DNA of 63,783 nt from Octopus bimaculoides (lineage: Eukaryota): the NCBI RefSeq assembly GCF_001194135.2, contig NC_068987.1, forward strand, positions 74,779,957-74,843,739. The letters run 5' to 3'. This document shows, piece after piece, positions 41,601 through 51,959 of the stretch (position 1 is the stretch's first letter; each line of letters opens with the position of its first letter). Below the pieces are notes generated by a model. It ran no database searches and was not told the DNA's origin. It was given only the letters and a program-made list of their open reading frames with translations. The translations under genes and the position numbers were made by a program.

Positions 41601-41860
41601 CATTTGAGTGAGTGTAACCCTCTTCCGAAGTCTATAGCTTTGTGTTTGGTTGGTGGATTGACAGAATTATGAGAGTATCAGCCAATATGCCTTATGGTAA
41701 TTTATTATTGCCTTCTAGATTTTGAGTTCAAATTCTACTGAGGTCAGTTTTGCTTTTCATCCTTCTGGGTTGACAATAAAGTACTAGTCAAGCACAAGAG
41801 TTGATCTAATTGTTTATTTCCCCTCTCCAAATTTCAAGCTTTGTACCTTGAGTAGAATAA

Positions 41861-41893
<33 letters not shown>

Positions 41894-42206
41894 TCTACTT
41901 TCAGAATTTCTCTTATGAAACACCCCAAGCCCCCACCAAACATATAACCAGAGTAAAAGCCACAGCTACAGTCAAAGTTGAAGTGCACACACCTTTACCA
42001 GGTAAGGAAAGATTTCATAGAACATTCTTTTTCACCAGCTCTTATTGTAAGAATGTCTTAATATATTAAGGCTTCACCATTTCACCAATATGATATAATT
42101 CTTTCAATTATTCATTCCAGGTGCTGTGGAGCAAGAACACAGTTACAAAAGCAAAAGACGGAAGCTTAAAGAACAAGATAGTTCAGATTCAGACGGCAGT
42201 AAATAG
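4423..42206 (+). CDS. ptc: Patched (Hedgehog receptor, 12-TM RND/sterol-sensing protein); 5'-partial gene, 25 coding exons in the window
   Basis: 25 AG/GT-bounded exons join in one frame (3748 nt including TAG at 42204-42206). Diagnostic motifs: [37 protein letters not shown]4 [25 protein letters not shown]10 GIGMEF, GPPGE. Exons equivalent to human PTCH1 exons 1-3 were not found in 1-4422. Confidence 0.97.
4619..4682 (+). ncRNA. Minimal type I hammerhead ribozyme (Penelope/retrozyme type), U4C core variant
   Basis: ATCAGC-tgt-CGAACG [CCGACGA] AGGG-aaataa-CCCT [GAAA] TCCGGA T A^ CGTTCG-tgct-GCTGAT. Stem I (6+6 bp around an internal loop), stem II (4 bp) and palindromic helix III (ATCCGGAT) all pair; predicted AUA cleavage after 4666. 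Confidence 0.8.
4619..4983 (+). mobile_element. 346-nt HHR-bearing tandem unit (retrozyme-like or Penelope pLTR), running into the gap
   Basis: ATCAGCTGTCGAACGCCGA recurs at 4619 and 4965, then Ns. The unit ends are complementary (4686-4714 with 4932-4958). Confidence 0.7.
5497..5805 (+). mobile_element. tRNA-derived SINE family B (others: 25225-25470 +, 36243-36520 +, head at 56600-56670 -)
   Basis: GTGGCTTAGTGGTTAG A-box, GAGTTCAAATCC B-box, shared TTGAGCAAGACACTTTATTT...TGCTCCAGTCC body. Confidence 0.75.
6512..6670 (-). mobile_element. RTE 3'-end fragment (others: 7090-7275 -, 15918-15990 +, 25665-25830 +, 38365-38440 +; related at 3630-3900 -, 22940-23270 +, 43410-43790 -, 59730-59900 -)
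   Basis: Matches the 3' terminus of the RTE copies (CCAACCCATGCTAGCATGGAAAGCGGACGTTAAAC plus GAT repeats). Confidence 0.8.
6868..6965 (+). CDS. ptc: ptc exon B
   Basis: [32 protein letters not shown]; ag/gtaagt; 98 nt, ends phase 2. Confidence 0.96.
9354..9362 (-). promoter_or_regulatory. Perfect GLI/Ci consensus site (GACCACCCA) in the ptc intron between exons B and C
   Basis: + strand reads TGGGTGGTC; ptc is the canonical GLI/Ci target gene; function not shown. Confidence 0.45.
11104..11206 (+). CDS. ptc: ptc exon C
   Basis: [34 protein letters not shown]; cag/gtaagt; 103 nt. Confidence 0.92.
12400..12900. repeat. Cryptic (CAC/CTA/CAT)n simple-sequence tract (similar at 9120-9430, 21090-21600, 24500-24980)
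   Basis: Interleaved trinucleotide runs; these generate the poly-T/L/H ORFs in the track. Confidence 0.85.
14275..14367 (+). CDS. ptc: ptc exon D
   Basis: [31 protein letters not shown]; cag/gtaagt; 93 nt. Confidence 0.96.
14473..14594 (+). CDS. ptc: ptc exon E
   Basis: [40 protein letters not shown]; 122 nt. Confidence 0.96.
15485..15632 (+). CDS. ptc: ptc exon F
   Basis: [49 protein letters not shown]; 148 nt. Confidence 0.96.
16378..16509 (+). CDS. ptc: ptc exon G
   Basis: [44 protein letters not shown]; 132 nt. Confidence 0.95.
17211..17369 (+). CDS. ptc: ptc exon H (sterol-sensing domain, TM2-3)
   Basis: [53 protein letters not shown]; 159 nt. Confidence 0.96.
17882..17974 (+). CDS. 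ptc: ptc exon I (TM4, GxxxDD motif)
   Basis: [31 protein letters not shown]; 93 nt. Confidence 0.96.
18833..18944. repeat. 33-bp perfect inverted repeat with a 46-nt spacer
   Basis: TATTAAGGGCATTACTATACATAAATGCCTCAC (18833-18865) is the reverse complement of 18912-18944. Confidence 0.95.
19543..19668 (+). CDS. ptc: ptc exon J
   Basis: [42 protein letters not shown]; 126 nt. Confidence 0.96.
22995..23112 (+). repeat. 42-bp tandem repeat, about 2.8 copies, inside an RTE-related 3' UTR (a 19-bp x4 repeat is at 59800-59871)
   Basis: TTGGGCCTCAC...GGCTGAGTTCC units. Confidence 0.8.
25834..26045. mobile_element. piggyBac-type MITE
   Basis: CCC...GGG termini; TAACCCTTTAGCATT (25831-25845) is the exact reverse complement of 26034-26048; flanks TTAA and TTAC. 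Confidence 0.7.
27071..27189 (+). CDS. ptc: ptc exon K (TM6)
   Basis: [39 protein letters not shown]; 119 nt, ends phase 2. Confidence 0.96.
28338..28927 (+). CDS. ptc: ptc exon L (middle cytoplasmic loop with tandem repeat)
   Basis: cccacag|T TCA ATG... [12 protein letters not shown]...TPVYPP G|gtaagc; 590 nt with no stop; entry phase 2 and exit phase 1 match both neighbouring exons. Confidence 0.85.
28561..28905 (+). repeat. Coding 27-bp minisatellite, about 13 units, in ptc exon L
   Basis: Consensus GCCC(C/T)TGTTCCAGAAAAA(N)6AA(G/T); 28588-28614 and 28615-28641 are identical. Confidence 0.95.
29190..29350 (+). CDS. ptc: ptc exon M
   Basis: [53 protein letters not shown]; 161 nt. Confidence 0.93.
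29621..29794 (+). CDS. ptc: ptc exon N (TM7)
   Basis: [58 protein letters not shown]; 174 nt; donor gttaat. Confidence 0.95.
31277..31415 (+). CDS. ptc: ptc exon O
   Basis: [46 protein letters not shown]; 139 nt. Confidence 0.96.
31560..31705 (+). CDS. ptc: ptc exon P
   Basis: [48 protein letters not shown]; 146 nt. Confidence 0.96.
31955..32620 (+). mobile_element. 5'-truncated RTE-clade LINE
   Basis: [16 protein letters not shown]...[14 protein letters not shown]-terminal motif; 3' end ATGCTAGCATGGAAAGCGGACGTTAAAC(GAT)n; internal gap. Confidence 0.88.
33316..33484 (+). CDS. ptc: ptc exon Q
   Basis: [56 protein letters not shown]; 169 nt. Confidence 0.96.
34511..34599 (+). CDS. ptc: ptc exon R
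   Basis: [29 protein letters not shown]; 89 nt. Confidence 0.95.
34972..35163 (+). CDS. ptc: ptc exon S (TM8)
   Basis: [64 protein letters not shown]; 192 nt. Confidence 0.96.
35805..35942 (+). CDS. ptc: ptc exon T (TM9-10)
   Basis: [46 protein letters not shown]; 138 nt. Confidence 0.96.
37083..37225 (+). CDS. ptc: ptc exon U (TM11)
   Basis: [47 protein letters not shown]; 143 nt. Confidence 0.96.
38990..39318 (+). mobile_element. tRNA-derived SINE family A (others: ~652-990 +, 3018-3395 +, 16690-17065 +, 26245-26600 -, 52340-52695 -, 55075-55230 +, 61090-61260 -, plus fragments)
   Basis: A-box GGCTGTGTGGTAAG, B-box GGTTCAGTCCC, shared body GGGCAAGTGTCTTCTACTATAGCC...GATAGAATAAGTACTAGGC, internal (TA/TG)n; recurs many times. 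Confidence 0.85.
39818..39917 (+). CDS. ptc: ptc exon V (TM12)
   Basis: [33 protein letters not shown]; 100 nt. Confidence 0.96.
40782..41042 (+). CDS. ptc: ptc exon W (C-terminal tail)
   Basis: [17 protein letters not shown]...[28 protein letters not shown]...DFCDN; SLSTITEEP and IIVQPEV resemble the Drosophila Ptc tail motifs as I recall them; 261 nt. Confidence 0.92.
41905..42001 (+). CDS. ptc: ptc exon X
   Basis: [32 protein letters not shown]; cf. Drosophila TKVTATANIKVE; 97 nt. Confidence 0.88.
42121..42206 (+). CDS. ptc: ptc terminal coding exon Y
   Basis: ttccag|GT GCT... [30 protein letters not shown]; phase matches exon X. Confidence 0.82.
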
Positions 42207-43021
42207 CAAAATAAAAAGAATTATTTAACATAAGTAAGTTGAAGAAGTCTTTTATGAAACAATACAACTGAAGACGTAATCAATCAACATCATAATCTAG
42301 ATTATTACCCATCTTTAGAGTATTCAATTATTCATTCTTTTACACCACTTTTTTCCATACTGGTATGAGTTGGTCACTGTAACAAAATTTTAATTTTTTG
42401 TTTTAGGCTTTGATCAGTGTTATTTCTTATTTGCTTCTGTCTAGAAATCAAAAGGAATGACTACTGTTCTGTTAATATATTAAGAAGTAAATATTGTAAA
42501 TTACTCATCTCTAACAACAAAGGAATTAACAGTATGAATATGTGTGTGTGTATGTATGTATATATATATATNNNNNNNNNNNNNNNNNNNNNNNNNNNNN
42601 NNNNNNNNNNNNNNNNNNNNNNNNNNNNNNNNNNNNNNNNNNNNNNNNNNNNNNNNNNNNNNNNNNNNNNNNNNNNNNNNNNNNNNNNNNNNNNNNNNNN
42701 NNNNNNNNNNNNNNNNNNNNNNNNNNNNNNNNNNNNNNNNNNNNNNNNNNNNNNNNNNNNNNNNNNNNNNNNNNNNNNNNNNNNNNNNNNNNNNNNNNNN
42801 NNNNNNNNNNNNNNNNNNNNNNNNNNNNNNNNNNNNNNNNNNNNNNNNNNNNNNNNNNNNNNNNNNNNNNNNNNNNNNNNNNNNNNNNNNNNNNNNNNNN
42901 NNNNNNNNNNNNNNNNNNNNNNNNNNNNNNNNNNNNNNNNNNNNNNNNNNNNNNNNNNNNNNNNNNNNNNNNNNNNNNNNNNNNNNNNNNNNNNNNNNNN
43001 NNNNNNNNNNNNNNNNNNNNN

Positions 43022-43066
<45 letters not shown>

Positions 43067-43886
43067 CATTTACACGTTTTATTAGCTCTTAGTGCAGACC
43101 CAACGCTATAAACAAGCTAGATGATGAAAATCGAAGATCAAAACGATCGTTACGTAATGTATATGTATTCCAAGCCCACCCTCTGCATCCTATCAAAAGT
43201 GTCAAGTGTTGGTGGCTGTATATGATGAGCAGTTGGAGTTGCGTCCCTTCACTGTGATTCATTTCCCTTCAATTGTGAAACCTACATTATTCTGCTTTGT
43301 TTTATATTTTCTGTTAATTCTAATTTTTTATGAGTTGAAGAGTTGAAATAAATGTGAAGGAATTAATAGGAGCCAAGTTTGAATCCTCATTAAAGTTTTG
43401 GACAGTATCATCATCATCATCGTTTAACATCTGTTTTCCATGTTGGCATAAGTTGGATGGTATGACATAGCTAGGCAGCCAGGAGCTTTCCAGACTCCAA
43501 TTGTCTGTTGTGGCATGGTTTCTATGGCTGGTTGCTCTTCCTAACACCAACCACTTAACAGTGTGCTGGGTGCTTTTTATGGCCCACCAGCATGGATGCT
43601 TTGTATGTGGCACTGGTACTTGAAAGGACAAGCATGTATGTATGGAAGACAATTTTACTGAGCTTGACACATCTTTTCAAGTACAGCAAATTGCCATGCC
43701 TTCCAGTCCCTAGTCATTTCCTCAGTTAGGTCCAGTATCTGAAGATTCTTTCTCACCACTTCATCCCACGTCTTCCTGGGTCTACAGCTTTAGCAAATGG
43801 TGTGGCGGCTGAAATAAATGTAAAACAAACAGGAAAAGAATTTTTCAATGACTTTAAATTCTTGTTACTAATTAATTTATTCAGTG

Positions 43887-43920
<34 letters not shown>

Positions 43921-46739
43921 TTATCTTTTCAGAAATATTCATGCAAAATATCATCCTTACCAACCAGATTATTGAACTTCAATTTCTGACTACTGCCATC
44001 AACCCTCTCATCCCTGTTATTTAACTTTATCAACCATCACAGAGATTTAACTTCTGCTTAGAGCTGTTTACCAGTCATGTGATAATGACCAAGACCTTCT
44101 TGGGCAAAATGGTCAGCATACGGTGGAAGGCACTTATCCTTTGTGCAAGATAGGTTGGAATGTGCATTGAGAAAGGCCAACACATTCAATCTTCAGATGA
44201 AGAACTGGGATTGGAGTATTCAACAAAAGTAAAATAAATTCTGGTGGAAGTGTAGTGTTCGATAATAGAACAGCCACTGATAGTGGAGTGTTCAGCAAGG
44301 GTACAGCCACAGGTGGTGGGTTATTCGACAACAACGCAGGTAGCAGAGGAGTATTCCCATTGAACAGACAATAGTGGTATGTTCTCCTATCATATACACT
44401 CTACAATTGGAGTGTTTCAATAAAAGCATACAGACACCATTTGTGAGTGGACTACTACCCACAGTACAGAGAATGAAAATATATGACAACAATGCAGACA
44501 TTGCTGGAGGGTTATTATAAGACTAAACTACAGACATTGATGGTGTTAAGGGCATCTGTACAACAAGTAATGCACTGTAAATTCATAGTTTGTATCTTCC
44601 TTAACAACAACCACAACAAAATTGGTGCAGTATATCATTGTCATTATCAATATCATTCTCATCCTCATAGTCATTAAAATCATCATCATCATCATCATCA
44701 TCATATTCTTACCTCTATGAAAAGTCACATAAAAGAACTTACTACGAATGAAACAATTCAAACAACCAATACATGTTGTGGCCTTAAGGCAGAAAGGAAC
44801 TTCTTTCCAAAACCAAACAATATGACAACAATTTAAAACTGTGCACCACACAGCATCACATTGCACTTTATTGTTATGGGCCACTGGAATTATACAGTGC
44901 ATTAAAATGCAATCACTATACTTCTACAATATGCTTTAAAGACATCACTATACTATGCAGTGATACAGACATACAACACAACTATAAAATAATGTTACAG
45001 TTCATCTCACCACATCATACTACACTATGTGACACTCACCAAACTACATTCATTACAAATTATACTACAGTATCCGAAGCTGTCAAACCTCAATATTTCA
45101 ACTTCGATTTCACTAATCTACAACAATAAAAACAACTGCAACATCATGTTCCAGAAAGTACCATTGTTCTGCATATAAGAAAAATATCAGATATAGCAGT
45201 GCAATATTCGTTGTTGGGTTTCATCTACTAATTTTACCATTATTTATCATCATTCTGGAGAAGATGTAGTAGCAACTGCAAAGCTTTATTTTCATGAGAA
45301 TTCAACTCTCAAACAATTTCAGGCATTGCAATGCACATGTAAACAATTTCCTTGCTTTTATTTGCCTGTTTAAAGAATTTGTATTTATCAATTCCTTCTG
45401 AATTTAATTCTTTTATTTTTTTCCCCCCCACCTCCCTAAGACTGAAGAATAAAAGCAATATTTATTTAAAAAATTATTTTCAACAAACCTTAAAATGGGA
45501 TGGAGGGAAAGAATTATAGTTGTTCTTTTGTTAATGGGTGGAATAATTTAGATTCTTACTGCAACACTAGACAGATTGCATATGTGTGGTGCTCAAAAGA
45601 CTTCCTGCTTTCACCTGTCTCACTGCAGTGCAGTTAGCTACAAGGCAACAACATTGCTGCAATTAGCAACTGTTTGCTGCTCTTCTATGTATATATTTAT
45701 TTATTTGCATCTTGATTTTCTTTGTTTCTTTCGTATGAAATACTGGCTCAACAGTGCGTCTGTTGAAGGGCAAAAGTCAGAAACCGGGGCAGGGGTAGCT
45801 GTAAACTCTGACGTTAAGAATGGGGTAACTCAGCTGGTCAGTGACTATAATAATGAACAAAAAGTCCTTTTTAACTAAATATTTGACACTGTCTCTGTGT
45901 CACATTTTCTTCGTCATTTCATGTTACCAAAAGGTTGTTTCTGTTGTGTCTTGTTGGCCATGTTGAGGACGATCATGGGGGCTAGCTGAAAGCTGCTTTC
46001 TTGCAGATGTTTGATTATCCAGGATGCCAAATAAAACAATGGGTCCAGCTTTGTTCAGATCACTTACATGCACACTCTTGCCCCTCAGATTAGGAGTGGT
46101 GCTGATTGGTGAAAATGTTATTGTTTAGCACCAGGTCAGCTCCAGTTGAGCAGACCTACAAGTAAACATGTTCTAGCTGTGACTATTTGGCTTTTCACCT
46201 CTTTGTGGTGGTGGAATGATTGGGTATAGTGTATCTAGGACTACATTATCCAATGCATCCATTATTTTTAAGCCACAGGGATGTAATTTAAGAGAAACAT
46301 CTGACTGGAATTTGTTGCAGGTTTAGCAATTATATAGAGTCATTCTCCCTCTCTTGTTGGCTTGTCTTATTGTAAGAGTATTGGCATAATTACATTAGAA
46401 TATTAATTCAATTCAATAGAATAGATGCAATTCTTTAAGAATTTGTTTTAAATTTTTCAAGTCCCTTAAGGTGGAGGTATTTACAAAGTATTTGATACAC
46501 AAAAAGTGCACCTCATCCATGCTTCTTTATTATTTTATATTTTAAACTTTATTTTTCTGCTGTTGCAGTTGCACTGAGGTTTAATGACAGACTAAGATAA
46601 ACACATATGCAGGCAATTTTTTTTTTTTCTGGGGATTGCATTTGTGTATGCGTGTACATAGTGCACATACACACACACTCACAACATATATATGCACATG
46701 CACTCTTACAAACACACCCTATATATATATATAAAACAT

Positions 46740-46852
46740 AAAGTTAAAGTCTGGTGATAGAGTGACCAATGGTTTCGTATCCACGAAGGCTACAGCCGAT
46801 AGCTTTCGTGGATACGAAACCATTGGTCACTCTATCACCAGACTTAAACTTT
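46740..46852. repeat. 53-bp-arm near-perfect inverted repeat with a 7-nt loop
   Basis: 46740-46792 pairs with 46800-46852 with one mismatch and one G-T wobble. Confidence 0.95.
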
Positions 46853-46928
46853 GTTTAATACTTACTGCTCTATTCTTTAGAGTGTGTTTCTTTTTCTGAT
46901 ATGTGTTATATTGACAAATATATATATA

Positions 46929-47000
<72 letters not shown>

Positions 47001-47526
47001 TTTATACATATATGTATATATATATGTATGTGTATGCATCTATATACTTACACACAATATATGTGCTTGGGTATCTGTATAGCTATATATATAAATATTT
47101 GGGTGTGTGTGTATGTGGATGTATTATATATTTATAAATATGTACATACATATATGTATCTATAAACACACACACGCACATATCATAAAACTGATATACA
47201 ATATTGTCATAGATACACACGCAAATACATTGCAGTCATTCATGTATCAATAAACACACATTTATATATGTAAGTGTGTATATAAATTTAAAGATTATTT
47301 TTTTATGAATTAAATAGAAAACCATTTTTTTCTGTTTTCTACGGGTATATCATTACATCATCATTTTTGTTAATATTTTATTGATAACCATCATTAATAC
47401 ACATACACATGTGTACTTTATATATGTGTGTGTGTGTATATATATATATATACACACACATGTACACACACACACATATATATAGACTTACACATGTGTT
47501 ACATATATATGTAGCTTACATGTGTA

Positions 47527-47592
<66 letters not shown>

Positions 47593-48422
47593 CATACATA
47601 TATGCATATGTGTGTGTATATACTGGTATATAGTTACCATATTTGGAAGGATTGATCATCGCAGGATTTGTCCTTCTGTTAGGAAGCAAGCTGTCTGCAA
47701 TGATTGTGTTCCCTGTATAGTGACCATAGTTGTCGAATGTATTGAACAATCTATTTATTTATCTGTAAATATTATAAATATATAAATGATATATTAAAAA
47801 AACGAAAATATAAAACATCAAAATTTCTGGAAAATAATGAAAGAAAATGTGAAAATGAAATAAAGATTGTTAAAGAAATAAACTGTCTTTGTTGTTTTTT
47901 AAAAATTTATTTCATTTTAAATCTGCTGTTCTTTGCTATTAAAGTTGGGAAGGTATGTTCCAGTACAGTACCTCACGATATTCTGCTGTCCTTTATTGTT
48001 GCTTTTTTTTATTTGGCATCCTGAATTCTGATCTCACTATTTGCTCAATACATTTTTTTCTGGTTTTACCACTTGCATCATTTTTCAACCAAATATCCTT
48101 CAAATGTTTTTTACATATCCTTCAAAATATATTTTATCCCATCTTTCTATGTACCCTTCCTTGCTTGCATACATGCCATGTGTAAAACTACATCTAGTTG
48201 CTTCAAAGTACTGAAACAATGTATTCATATAATGTATCTTCCATTACCCTTAAACATTGCACTCCAGAACCAGCCACTCACTATACTTACTAAACTCTCA
48301 ATTTCTCTCTACAGATATATGCTCTAATCTTCAAAAACACATTGCAGTGTATCCCATTCTGAAGAAAGGGAATTTCTTTGGCTCTGCCAAGCATCATCCT
48401 ATTGCACTCAATATTTCTAAGG

Positions 48423-49090
48423 TGAACATTAGAAGCATCAGTTGTGGTGTGCAAGAGAGACGATTGCGCTGGTATGGACATGTGGTGAGAATGGATGAGG
48501 ATAGCTGCGTGAAAAAGTGCCACAGTTGAGGGAACCCGTGGAAGAGGTAGGCCCAGGAAGACCTGGGCTGAGGTGGTGAGGCAAGACCTTCGTACATTGG
48601 GCCTCACCGAGGCGATGACTACTGACCGAGACCTTTGGAAATGTGCTGTGCGTGAGAAGACCCGGCAAGCCAAGTAAGATCGTTGCCAGTGCCCCTGGAC
48701 TGGCTCTTGTGCGGGTGGCACATGAGATGCACCATTTTGAGCGTGGCCATTGCCAGTACCGCCTGACTGGCTCCCGTAGGATTTTCGAGTGAGATCGTTG
48801 CCAGTGCGGGTGGCACATAAAAGACACCANNNNNNNNNNNNNNNNNNNNNNNNNNNNNNNNNNNNNNNNNNNNNNNNNNNNNNNNNNNNNNNNNNNNNNN
48901 NNNNNNNNNNNNNNNNNNNNNNNNNNNNNNNNNNNNNNNNNNNNNNNNNNNNNNNNNNNNNNNNNNNNNNNNNNNNNNNNNNNNNNNNNNNNNNNNNNNN
49001 NNNNNNNNNNNNNNNNNNNNNNNNNAAATCGTCCAGCCCATGCTAGCATGGAAAGCGGACGTTAAACGATGATGATGATGATGATGATGA
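48423..49090 (+). mobile_element. 5'-truncated RTE-clade LINE, near-identical to the 31955 copy
   Basis: Same [11 protein letters not shown] segment with a short deletion; (GAT)n tail; internal gap. Confidence 0.88.
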
Positions 49091-49091
49091 T

Positions 49092-49400
49092 AAGGTGGTG
49101 AACAGGCAGAATTGTTAGCATGCTGGGTGAAATACTTAGCAGTATTTCATCTGCCATTATCTTCTGAGTTCAAATTCTGCCGAGGTTGATTTTGCTTTTC
49201 ATTTTTTCAGGGTTGATTAAATAAGTACCAGTTACGCACTGGGGTCGATGTAATCGACTTAATCCCTTTGTCTGTCCTTGTTTGCCCCCTCTGGTATACT
49301 TGTTAGCCTACCAACCAAATGCTTTAGAATAAGTACCAGTTGAGTACTTTGTGGGGGGGATATAATAAATTTATCCCCTCCCCCACAAATTCCTGGCTTT
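49092..49400 (+). mobile_element. SINE family C (others: 1235-1420 -, 7525-7685 -, 9465-9655 -, 22130-22345 -, 36712-36925 +, 41215-41860 several +, 59995-60130 +)
   Basis: Recurring GGCAGAAT(C/T)GTTAGCA...CTGAGTTCAAAT...GACTTTGC(C/T)TTTCAT...AAGTAC(C/T)(A/G)GT. Confidence 0.7.
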
Positions 49401-51959
49401 CTGCCAAAATTTAAAACCAATATTTCTAAAGTACTAGTGACAGCCATTAACTGCAATGTTGTTCAACAACTGGAATCTTTCTCACTAGTGAACACCAGCA
49501 CAGGTTCCATAAAGCTAAATCCATCGGTGACCTACTCTCATTTGTCAACCACCAGTGAGCTCTCACCTTTGAGAAATTTAGTGAATGCAATGTTTTTGCC
49601 TTCGATATCAGCAAAGACTTTCAACCATATGTCATAATTAAAATACGTGCTTCATTGTGTCTCATCTCATGGATCAGTAGCTTCTTATCAGATTGGGTGC
49701 TTGCTATTCCTTAATCAACTCTGGCATGCTCTGGTATTCAGTTTTATCCCCCACTTTTTTTTCTTCTCGACATCAGTGACCTACTTACTGTTACTTCCTA
49801 TTATACTTTTATCCTTCATTCTCCCTCAACCTTCTCCATCCATGCAACATTTACATACAAGCTAAACATCACAATATTCCTTGAACAGTGACCTCAAAGC
49901 ATCCTCCAATAGTGCTGTATCAATTTTGTTTCTTTTAACAAGGAAACGCAAACACTATTCATATCATGAGAACATTATTGTACCACACACTCTTTAAACA
50001 CATGCAGCATGCAACTAAAGCGTTCACGATCACTTCAAATGTTAGGCCTCACTATCTCTTAAGGGTTTCTCCTGATGAAAGCACATCTTTAACTGAGCTA
50101 GGACTACATTGCAGTGACAAGCCCTTTTCTTCAGAGCTAAGAGATACTTCATCCCCCAGGTGAGTTCCATAATGAACTATTTTTTGTTCCCATATCTGGA
50201 AACATCCTAGACTGTATCTAGAAAACAGCCATCTAGCTGATGGCCAATAGACACAAGCCCAGAGGTGTACTGTCTGCTCCCTGTCTAACTTTGACCCCTG
50301 CTTCTGAGAACTGACTGGTCTCACGGCACATTTACTGAAGCATTCCTAACCCACTCATCTCTCTCCTCATCACCCTTGTCGTATCCATCTCCCCAGGCCC
50401 TGCTCTAACTATATCCAATCCTTCATTGTCACTACCTACTGGAACTCCCACCTTGCTCGTGTCTTTGCTGTAGATGTTGAATAGCAATAGCCCAAGAGGA
50501 ACATAAATGGCATGAATCCCACCAGCTCCAGAATGCTTGTAAGCAGCCTCTTTCTCTAGACCCAACAAATAAAAAAAATAAAACACTTGTCCATACCAGT
50601 TCAGTTTTCCCTCTTATACATTACAGCTGTTTTACAAAGCACTTTTTTTGTCTCAGCACACTTGTACTCCATCATTCATACATAATGACATTACTGATAT
50701 TACACATCCAATGGAATATACTCAATTCGCTAGACATTTTTCTATTTTTCATTTTATGGCCGCAGACCATTTACCTATGAATTGATTTGATTGTCCAACA
50801 TCCACTTGCATAAATGGAGATGAGCTGCTAGATATTATTCGGCGCCAACTCTCCTTCAAGTAACATCCTATGTCTTAAATTCAGTTCTTGACACAGTACA
50901 TCTGAACAAATGAATATCTTTGATCAAGGCTGAATTGGGACCACACATTAACAATAGTTTTAAAGATTTTTCAGTATGTGAAAATTTATATTTTTTTCAC
51001 AAGCTTGTCATGTCAGAATTTGCAACCTTTTAAGTTCTCATCTCATCTTCTTCACCCATATATTCCTGGGAGGGTCATGGGTGGAGAGTCCTCAAGCATA
51101 CCTTCTGTTGGGTTTTGTTAAAAGTAACCGTCTCCAGTTGATTTGGCTGAATCCCCAAGTGACAACAACCAAGCTTATGGATGTTATCCAACTTTCTTGT
51201 TTGCAGACTACCCCTGAGTCTCTTGCTGTGTTCAGCATTTCTTTTCTGGGTCATTCTTACCACAATGTCAGAGCTGTGAGCTCTCAACTCAGGTAAACGT
51301 AGTGGCTCTATTTGGAGCACCTCTCTGAACTCCGAGCTATGCACTCTATCAACTAATGTTACTTTAAAGAACCTTTGGAGGAACATCATTTTTTGCTTGT
51401 ATTTGTCATTGATAAGGTCGTGAATAGTGACAAAAAGACTCGACAGAGTAAACTAACAATTGATTAATTGTTCAATCAACACATTAAACAGACCATTGAA
51501 TAGTCAGTTGGTAAAATAAAGAAGTTTTATTGAACTATCCCTGTGGGATAGCAAGTCAACTGTCTGGAACTGTATAAAGGCACATGCACACTGTTGATGA
51601 GGGACAATGTGGCGTGCGCAGGCACTTTGTGAAGACAGTCCTAGAAGTCGTTGAGAAGAGATATTGTTTGTTCTGTACTGTTTCTGATCTAAATTTGTAT
51701 TGTTATAAGTCCACATTATAAAGTGGCATACACAGTGAGTTCAAAGGACATAACAACGTCGACACGGCACAACAGTAGTGACAAGACATTCAAAGCTCAC
51801 AGTGGACATTCTTAGCATGGAAGACCTATTAGTGTCCATGGTTCAGTTGTAACAGCAACAACAACAGAAACAGCAAGAACAGGTACAACGACAACAACAA
51901 AATCAACATTTGTTGGAATTATTGTTGCAGTCAAAAAACACTTCAGGTTCATTTTCAGC

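Larger units (their letters stand above)
48255..49770 (+). mobile_element. Old CR1/Jockey-like LINE RT remnant, split by the RTE and SINE insertions
   Basis: AVYPILKKGNFFGSAKHHPIALNISKV (48255-48422), resuming HRFHKAKSIGDLL...FAFDISKDF...INSGML..SVLSP (49430-49770). Confidence 0.7.

Noticed and set aside
4873-49049. Long ORF-track entries containing X runs, or YI/CV/poly-L/poly-T strings
   Set aside because: These are artefacts of N gaps, microsatellites and cryptic simple repeats.
49860-51400. GC-richer stretch with short ORFs (possible LINE ORF1/RT remains)
   Set aside because: I could not recognise diagnostic motifs with confidence, so it is left unannotated.
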